From the NCBI GenBank assembly GCA_964016885.1, contig OZ024740.1, positions 329,778,001 through 329,842,000 of the forward strand: DNA of 64,000 bases. Direction: 5' to 3'. Numbering within the stretch: the first letter of the stretch is position 1; every line of letters begins with the position of its first letter. Of this stretch, positions 55,060-64,000 are shown in pieces. The position numbers and the translations under genes are program-made. The notes below the pieces were generated by a model that worked only from the letters and a program-made list of their open reading frames with translations, did no database searches and was not told the DNA's origin. The DNA is from Eledone cirrhosa (lineage: Eukaryota).

Positions 55060-56546
55060 GTATTAGACACGGAACTCTGGATTAACACTATAGACGAGAG
55101 AGCCCAAATTCTCCACTCGCACTTTGCTAAACCTATAGCCTCCAAATACCTGATACTCAAAAACTCAGCAATGTCCAGTAGTGCTAAGTTTAATATTATG
55201 ATCGCAGATTTGGTACGAGTGATGAACAATGTGTCCCGCATGTGCGACCCCAACAGAAATGGAAAGACACATCCAACACTTCATCAACCGCATGCAGTTC
55301 TCTGGCTACAAACAAAGAGACAGAGTCAGAGTATACGAAGGAGCCATGGAGAAGTATAAGACCCTCATAGAACTGGACATGAAAGGAATTTGCCCATTAT
55401 GCAGGAGCAAATCATGGAATAGCTTAGATAGGGCTAGACATGAGATAGGGAAAGCCACCCCATGGTACGACAACCAGAGATACCAGAGTGTCATGTTTGT
55501 GGACGCTACCCCTGGAGGGAAATTAGTTAACCAGTGTAGAAAGACCCTGAGAAAGACCCACTTAAAGATTAAGGGGGTAGAAAAGCCAGGAACCACCATA
55601 AAATCCCTGATCACCAAAACCTACATTTTTAAGAAAACCCACTGTACTAATAGGAAATGTATCATATGTAAGGTAAACCCATGTATAAACTGTAAAACTA
55701 GAAACGTAGTCTATAGCATATGATGTACAGAGGGTACTTGCAGAAACATGACAACAACATACATAGGCGAGACAGCTCGTAGCATAGGTGAAAGGATAGA
55801 CCAACACTGGGGGCAACTAAAAGACGAAAAAACGGGTCAGTACTATACGAACATGCCAGACAACAACACGACGGTAACATAGACAACATAGAAATTAGAA
55901 TAATATCTAAACATAGAAATGACCCAGCAGAGAGGCACGGGAAATAGAACTTAGAAGGCCAAGACTAAACAGAAAGAATTAATGGAATAACAACAACACC
56001 CAAACAAACAACACTGACCTAAGAGAAGTATAAATAAATAAATAAATAGATAAATAAATAAATAAATAAATACACTAGCACAATAACAACAAACACATAT
56101 AAACACACACTAGTAAAGATAGAATACATTAACCGATACACAGTCACCCAATCACGAACAAACATCAAACAAATCACTATACACACACGCAAACGCATGC
56201 GCAAAGAAGACAAAATAAAATAAACAAACAAACAAATAAATAAATATATATACAGACTAAATAAAAATGGCGTAGACATACAATGTAACGGGAGGAAACA
56301 ATAGCACCACTTACGATGTTGCAGATGTGCAACGAAAGAACTTTGATAAACTATATATATGTGTTTGTGTCTATATGGTATATGTATTATTGTTGACCGT
56401 GGGTCAGTCAATGGCAACATTGAGGACCGAATAAATTAGATTACCGATATAAAAGACAGAAGCGAAAAGCGAAAACCAACCAAACAATGAGTGTGTTCTG
56501 TTATTAATTCTGGCAATATTACACAAATATGACCTTGCCCAAGTAT

Positions 56547-56609
<63 letters not shown>

Positions 56610-56622
56610 CACACACAGACAC

Positions 56623-56667
<45 letters not shown>

Positions 56668-58509
56668 GACAGAGAGAGAGATTGGTTGCAGATGGATATG
56701 TAATATTACTCTAATGCATGCTAATTCACCTACATAAAACGCAAAATTGTGTGTCGCAGGCCAGTTAAAATTAATTCTGTATCGTTGTGATAACAGTTAA
56801 TGCATAAATACTTTAAACGAAACAAGAATTTAATGGTCGGTTTGGAACAATACGATATTAGCCAGTATAATTATCTTTGGAGCGGATAGAAATGTTGACA
56901 TTTATAGATGTACTTTTCCTTTCGTTTTTTATCTTTAAGTCAACAGGCAAACAATAACATTAAATATATTTGATAAAGTATAAATGAAAGAATCATTAAG
57001 TAACTATATATAATAGTACATTTGCTGACATGGATAATAGAATCGTTAGTAAATTGAATATCTGAGTGATAGTCCTTGGCATTTAGATGCAATTCTGAAT
57101 AAAAATAAGAAGCTATTAATGTCAAAGGATGATACATTGACACGGAAATTCATTCCTTATGAATATGTAGATAGTACCTATTAATAATTGTTTTCAAATA
57201 CTGCACTATTTATTTCTAAGATATCATAAAAAGTTGATAGCCAGTCTCATTTTACAATAGCAGTGATCATTTTTTAAAGTCGAGAAAACATTTCAGTTCG
57301 TATTCCATGCAATAGCCATCACTGATCGTACTAGTGTGGGACTAGATTACATGGCTGATACTTATCTTTTAAGCCAGCCTCACTTAACAATAAAGAATAA
57401 ATACAAAACCCCTTTTCTTTCCTATCAACTAAATAAAGTGTTATATTTTACAGTGAGATACCAGATCAAATATAACGCAGCAGTTACGAAATTCTGGAAT
57501 TAATTTAGAAAATGTGAAACAATATATGTTGTGTATAAAGTTTGCGAAATGAGTAAAATACATTTACTTCACAGCATTTTCGTGAAATACTATATGTAAG
57601 TAGAAATATCGTCGGATTTACATTTAGATTCTCTTATGGAACATTTGTATTTAAGATTATCTCAGAAAATACAATATCTAATTAAGGAAACGACCCGTAG
57701 AAAGGCAGTTCTTAAATCGTTGTAGAAAAATCTAGCACACAATTAAATATAACACATTTATAGAAGCATACACTGATATAAGTCCACTTTTATATATGAA
57801 ATCAAATCCTTGCCGATTAAAGTAATCCGAATTAGAGTATATACGTTATTCAATAGCATAAATTCTGGTGATATCATATGATATATATATCGACTATTTG
57901 TTAAACTTCTCAATGATGCTTCATATTAACACAGTATACTAAATCAATAACAACATTTCATGATACCTAACGCATAAATGTCTGGATGTGACATGAATCA
58001 CAATTATGATTAATAATGACAATCCAATAATATATTGAATATAAAGCAGAAACTCTAACAAATGAATTCCCTAGAACTTAGATTAATATTTGCATGACAG
58101 CTTTATTAATATTTATCATATATGCATCGGTGTTTAACCGAATGCCGTACCTTTCAAGCACTGTAGATATTAAATACGTTAGAAGATGTATAATGGAAAA
58201 TAATGATCTTTAATTGATGCATAGGTAGTGAAATATTGGATTCTTTTAATACCCAAATGATACGATGAGTGAGATATCGACAGCTCTACTCTAATTATCC
58301 TAAGCAGTTGTATCGAAATAATATTGCTTCACAATTATATATTATATTGTATTATATTATATGATATTATATATTATAAATGGATAAACAAAGAACAGAA
58401 ATGAGAACTCAATGCAGTTATAGAATGTTTATTCATATGGTCATATAAAACTATGTAACAAAAGTTTTACTTCTTTTCTATTTGGTCAATCAGTGCTATT
58501 TCCCGGTAT

Positions 58510-59065
58510 ATATTGCTTCTCCCACCACTTCATTTAAAATTGGGCCTGATGAAACAGTTTTTCACAGCCCTAGATAAGGAGTCGGCAGCCTTCAAATATA
58601 TTCGAGTCATCTTCCCTACGATCACTGAGCCAAAAGTGAAAGCCGGTGTCTTCGTCGGACCACAAATAATGAAGATCAATGAGTGCAATGAATTCTCCTA
58701 GAAGCTCACTAAGACAGAGTAGGCAGCCTAGAACTGCTTTGTTGCAGTGGTCCAATGCTTCCTGGGGAATCACAAGGCCAAAAATTATGTGGAGCTTGTT
58801 GCGACATTGGTGAAGAACTTGGGCAAAATAGGTTGCATGCTATCCCTCAAACTACACATCCGTCACTCTCATCTTCATAAATTTAAGGGGAAAATGAGAG
58901 CATACTCTGAAGAGCAAGGCGAGCGCTTCCACTAGGATATACTTGATTTGAATAATCGCAACAAAGGATCATATAATGAAAACATGATGGACACTATATA
59001 CGGGGCTGATTCGTGAAAGCAATCTGCAGCTTCAGCGTATGTCCCGAAAACTCACTTACATCTAA
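58510..59065 (+). mobile_element. Chapaev3/Transib-related DNA transposase remnant
   Basis: LPPLHLKLGLMKQF, AGVFVGPQI, FLGNHKAKNY, LSLKLH..HSHL, SEEQGERFH; in-frame stops. Confidence 0.8.
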
Positions 59066-59538
59066 ATTTCTTGTATAATGCTAGAATATATAAATGCTAC
59101 TTTTTTATATCATTCCAACTTTGCTTGAATGACCATGTTTATATTTGGCTCATTTCTCAATGGGATTAGATAAATTTAGAAATATCAAAAGGCAAGGTGT
59201 TAAGGAAATATTTGCCATTTTTCATACTTTCAACAGAAAATAATAGTTGTTACCCAACTACAAAAATCGTGATATAATGTTTGATTAAGATTGAATTAAT
59301 CAAAATTTATGAGTAATAGATATTAAACAGTTCCGCTATCATATATATATATATATATATATAGAAAGATTTGAATGGATACAGTTTAGTTGAAAGGAAT
59401 TTATTGACACGTGTTTCTATAACAGTTACATAACCTAAAACAGCTATCTACAAACTTTTAGTTATGCAGACATTCAATATTTCAATGTTATTATTTACTG
59501 TCATTTCATCAGAATAATATTACTGAGGACCTATTTAG

Positions 59539-59575
<37 letters not shown>

Positions 59576-60339
59576 GCGCAAGTTTGAAATTTCTATTACA
59601 CTTAAATATTATTGCTTTCGTTCGTGTTTTTCTATTATTATTCGTAAGAGATCATGATACACCTATGCAATTTGATTGTGTTTTTCTATAGATAATGTCA
59701 AGAATCCATCAACATTTGTAGAAAAGAATTCACTGTTTGAAAACAATGATGAGTAATATTATTCTAGCAATACGCATACGTACAAATATTAATGCATGCA
59801 TATAAATTGCAATTCACAAAGCAAACCTAAATTCATTACAGTAAGAAACTACATTGTAAATAGTTAGCAGTTCTGTTCGTTGAGAGATCTTTAGAGACAG
59901 CAGACGGCGATCACAATTCAATATTGAAATATGTATTTTTTATATCTCACAATAAAATGTTGGATATATCATGATGTAATCAATGCAGAGAGCTGAATTC
60001 CCAAACATAGCATTGAATAAATGTAACTGTGTACAGAGATGTTATATACAAAAACATAGCATTACAATATGATTTGTAAACGAAACAGATCGCTGTGTCT
60101 GTTTCAAGAAACAATGATATTTATTTCATTATTTTAGTATTAATATATTTTCTTAGTAATGCATTATACGTATATCTATATTTACATACGTATATTTACA
60201 TGTATCATATAGTACATTAAATCTGCTGTGTTATAGAATAAGATTCAATCATTGTCTGTAACATGACTCTATATTGATAGATGTTTCCAGTTGTTAAATG
60301 CATAAAATAATTTGATATATTATATATATATATATATAT

Positions 60340-61365
60340 TTCGTTTCTGAATTTGTTTAGCAAGATTCCTTATCTGAAAACGTGTGTAGAAACGGATATT
60401 GTTATAATTTGGGAGCGTCATTTTGCCAATAAGAAAAACACGCACCAGATGATTTCACTTCAATTTATTATAAATTTCCAGTTGGTTGATTGGTTCTGTA
60501 ATCGGATGGTTGTTCATATATTGTCAAAGTTCTTTCGACACACTTTCTGTGACCTCTTCAGTGACTGGCATTATTTTCTTTATTTTTTATTTTGTGCCTC
60601 TCCTTTGTTCTGTCCTACGCCATCTTGTGTGATGTGTGCCTACTTTGCGCATGTGTTACATAAGGGTGTATGTGTGTGTTTTTATTTGTTTATTTATTTG
60701 TTTATTTACATGTTACTGTGTGTGTATTTTCATTTTGTCCTTAATTATAAATTGTTATGTTGCTATTCCATTCATGTTTTCTAATTATTAGATAGGAAAG
60801 ACTCATCAATACTCCACCGACATGCTAAAATAGAACATAAGGCAAAATTAGAGAACATAGAGATAAAAATAGAATCTACACACAGAAAAGACGCGATGTT
60901 TAGACAAATCACAGAGGCAAAAAACATAAATGAACTCCAACCAAAATTAAATAGAAAACATGAATGGAATAGCAACATCACAACTTATAATTAAGGCCAA
61001 AATGAAAACACACACACACATAGAACAAACAAACAACTAGTAACATGTAAATAAACAAATACATAAACAAATAAAAACACACACATACACCCGGATGTAA
61101 CACATGCACAAACTAAGCACACAGCAGACACAAACACAAGATGGCGTAGGACAGAACAAAGGAGAAGCACAAAATAAAAAATAAAGAAAAGAATCGCTAG
61201 TCAGTGAAGAGGTCACAGAAAGTGTGACGAAAGAACTTTGACAATATATGAACAACCATCCAGTTATAGATCCAACCTACCAACCAGAAATTTATAATAA
61301 ATTGAAGTGAAAACAATATGTGCGAGTGTTTCTTATTGGCAACATGACCCTCCCAAAGTATAACA

Positions 61366-61367
<2 letters not shown>
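60340..61367. mobile_element. Fold-back of PLE family A2 tails; right arm includes GIY-YIG C-terminus; HHRs at 60523-60565 (minus) and 61200-61242 (plus, C3G)
   Basis: Inverted arms; RHAKIEH..RQITEAKNINELQPKLNRKHEW. Confidence 0.88.
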
Positions 61368-61418
<51 letters not shown>

Positions 61419-62117
61419 TTAAAACAATGAAATACAAAATCAAGTCATTAGAAATATACTTCACTGCTTTACGATCGTTTCTAGGTGATGATATTACATC
61501 GTAACTATATTTCGTTATCGATCTATATAAGGTTAGTTACAAAATATCAGATGAGGAGAACATTTACTTACATGCATATCACCAGCTGTTGTCAAAAGTA
61601 ATAATGATTTTTTATTTCATTTTTTTAACTTATATCATGAATCTGTTTTCCTTTTAATGTTATATTGTTTACCGGGATTTATTTTAACCTACAACATTTT
61701 CAACATTAGATTACATTGATTTTTTCATGCAGACAAGACTATATATATATACACACACACGCACACACGCACGCGCGTACACACACACACACACACACGC
61801 ACACATACACATATATATATATATAAATGCACACACGCACACTTATATGCTTATAAATGCCATCTGTTTATCCTCAGGAATTTCACTCTCTAATATCCGC
61901 TACCAATATGAAGCATTAAAAAACTCCATTACAAAACAGCTTTTCCGTAAAAGTAATAACATACAGAGGACACCTTACCCAACTGTAGGCGATTTAAATC
62001 CAGGAAAATTTCAGGTTTCAAAATTCCATTCAATTTTTATACGATATAGCAATGAGTTCTGAAAACTTTTCAAAATACAGAAAGTGAAAATTATTTTACA
62101 TCTGTATATATAGCATC

Positions 62118-62290
62118 AAGGTGGCGAATTAGCAGAGTCGTTAGAACGTCAATATAATGTTTTGTGGGCATTTTCCCAGCTGTCTGGTTTGAGTTCACAT
62201 CCAGCCCTGGCCAACTTTGCCTTTCATTCTTTCGGGATCGATAAAAAAGTATCAATCTAGTACTGGGGTCGATTCTTTCTTACTTACTCC
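62118..62290 (+). mobile_element. Diverged tRNA-derived SINE (family 1-related)
   Basis: aggtggcgaattagcagagtcgttaga..gagttcacatcc..aactttgcctttcattc. Confidence 0.7.
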
Positions 62291-62654
62291 CTCTCATTCT
62301 ATCTATAATACTCTTGAAGAAATATGCTGTGTTCAGGCCTGAAAAGGATATGCACTTCACCGGGCTTAAAATGTCGAAGAAAGACCACATGCTACTATAG
62401 CACCCATACAAACCTCTCAGAACTAACGGGGCTAAGGAGGATATATAGTGTTATACGCTATAACAGAAACAACAAAGTAACCTATGATTTCCAACACGAA
62501 AACCAATATGGATTTGCCGAAATCTGTTCCTCTAGGTAGATACTGTTTGTTCTGAGGCCGTAACATAGCAAGTCACATTCATATCGTTAGTTGGTTTCCA
62601 GAGGAATAAAACAGACCTACCAGCCAATGATTTATAGGGCATATTTATTCAACA

Positions 62655-62997
62655 GATGTGAAGGCCCATGGTATAGTGGTTAGAGCATTGGACTGGCAAT
62701 TAAAAGCCTGTGAGTTCGATTCTCGGACCGGTTGATTCATTGTATCCTTGAGCAAGACACTTTTTTTCACGTTGCTCCTTTTTACTCAGCTCTAGAAATG
62801 ATTTGCGACATCACTGTTGCTAAGCTGTATCGGCCATAGGCTTTCCCTTGGACATCATCGGTGGCGTGGAAAAGGGAAGCTGTTATGCCTGGGCAACTGC
62901 AGGTCTTCCTTAAAAGTAACCTTGCCCGGACTTGTGCCTCGGAGGGAAGCTTTTAGGTGCAAATCACATGGTCATTCGTGACCGAATGGCGTCTTCT
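62655..62997 (+). mobile_element. tRNA-derived SINE family 2 with CORE-like central domain
   Basis: tggtatagtggttagagc (A box), gagttcgattctc (B box), ccttgagcaagacactt. Confidence 0.75.
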
Positions 62998-63654
62998 TAT
63001 TGGAGAGGTACAAACATTTACATGCGTGATCAGGAATAACTCCTCCTTCCTTTCCCGTTCCGGATGAAGGCCCTTTGACCAATAACACATCAGAGCGGTC
63101 ATCCCACACTCACATTGCCCCAGGGGCCAAAAATGCCAACTCTACTTCCGGGATAGATTGAAACAGCCTTCAATACATATCAACAGAAAACTTGATCTAA
63201 ACATTAACTGTTAGCGGAGAAGCACACTGTTAGCCAACTTAAATATCTATATTCGGACACAAAGATAAACGTAGTCCACACAAAATGTGGGTAGATTGTT
63301 GGCGAAAGGTTTGAACCAACAGGCATACCATGAAAATACTAAAATTATACCTCAAAAGATCACCACAAACCTCAAATAATCATTCTGTCATATGTTGACA
63401 AATAATTATTCACATCAAAATTTGATTTACGAATCTTTCATCCTCTTAGGACTTATCAAAATCAAACATTTTATAGATAATTAACTCAACACGTTCATTT
63501 TTTTGAATGAACAGAAATCAAAGAAAATATTTGTTTACATTTTAAACACCTCCATTACTCAGCAACAAGGGATAATGGCTGATTTTGATAAGAGGATGAA
63601 ACATTTGTAAATGAAATTTTGATGTGAATAAGTACTTGGCAACATATTTTAATG

Positions 63655-63886
<232 letters not shown>

Positions 63887-64000
63887 GGAGGTGAGTTTTA
63901 TTGTAGCACAATAAAGCAATGCAAATATCGGATAATAGCACTCTACAGTTTGTGGGACTGGAGTATAAATAATATAAGATCAAAAGATGGTTAAAAGAGT

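Larger units (their letters stand above)
53503..56550 (+). mobile_element. PLE family A: inverted ~550-bp tail (53503-54055) + 5'-truncated RT/GIY-YIG body and tail (54056-56550)
   Basis: PPLYGLHK, RPVCGA, SMDEVSLYPSI, EGAAIG, YVDDI, NVVYSI..YIGETARSIGERI; terminal inverted tails; (TA)n both sides. Confidence 0.92.

Noticed and set aside
63270-63335. GMPVGSNLSP resembling PLE RT motif
   Set aside because: No neighbouring RT motifs; likely chance

Overview
AT-rich, microsatellite-dense eukaryotic (metazoan, most likely Octopus/coleoid cephalopod, inferred from repeat content) intronic or intergenic DNA with no confidently identifiable host gene. The window is dominated by retroelements. These include one near-full-length Penelope-like element (PLE; RT + GIY-YIG, direct pLTRs, 4085-7523), 5'-truncated copies or tails of several other PLE-type families, RTE LINE remnants, an R4/Dong-like LINE remnant, many tRNA-derived SINEs, and mariner and Chapaev/Transib-like DNA transposon remnants. 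The most striking structure, read by eye, has two parts. (1) About 20 type-I hammerhead ribozyme (HHR) motifs from roughly 8-10 sequence-unrelated families, including U3-A8 core variants and a full-size GUC-site ribozyme, mostly lie within a few hundred nt of an element 3' end that abuts a (TA)n array. (2) A recurrent 'tails-out fold-back' architecture joins two 3'-end copies head-to-head between (TA)n arrays, from 56 bp to 3 kb in size, and two RTE insertions show twin-priming geometry. Coordinates were counted by hand and may be off by a few bases; no ribozyme activity or database match has been tested.
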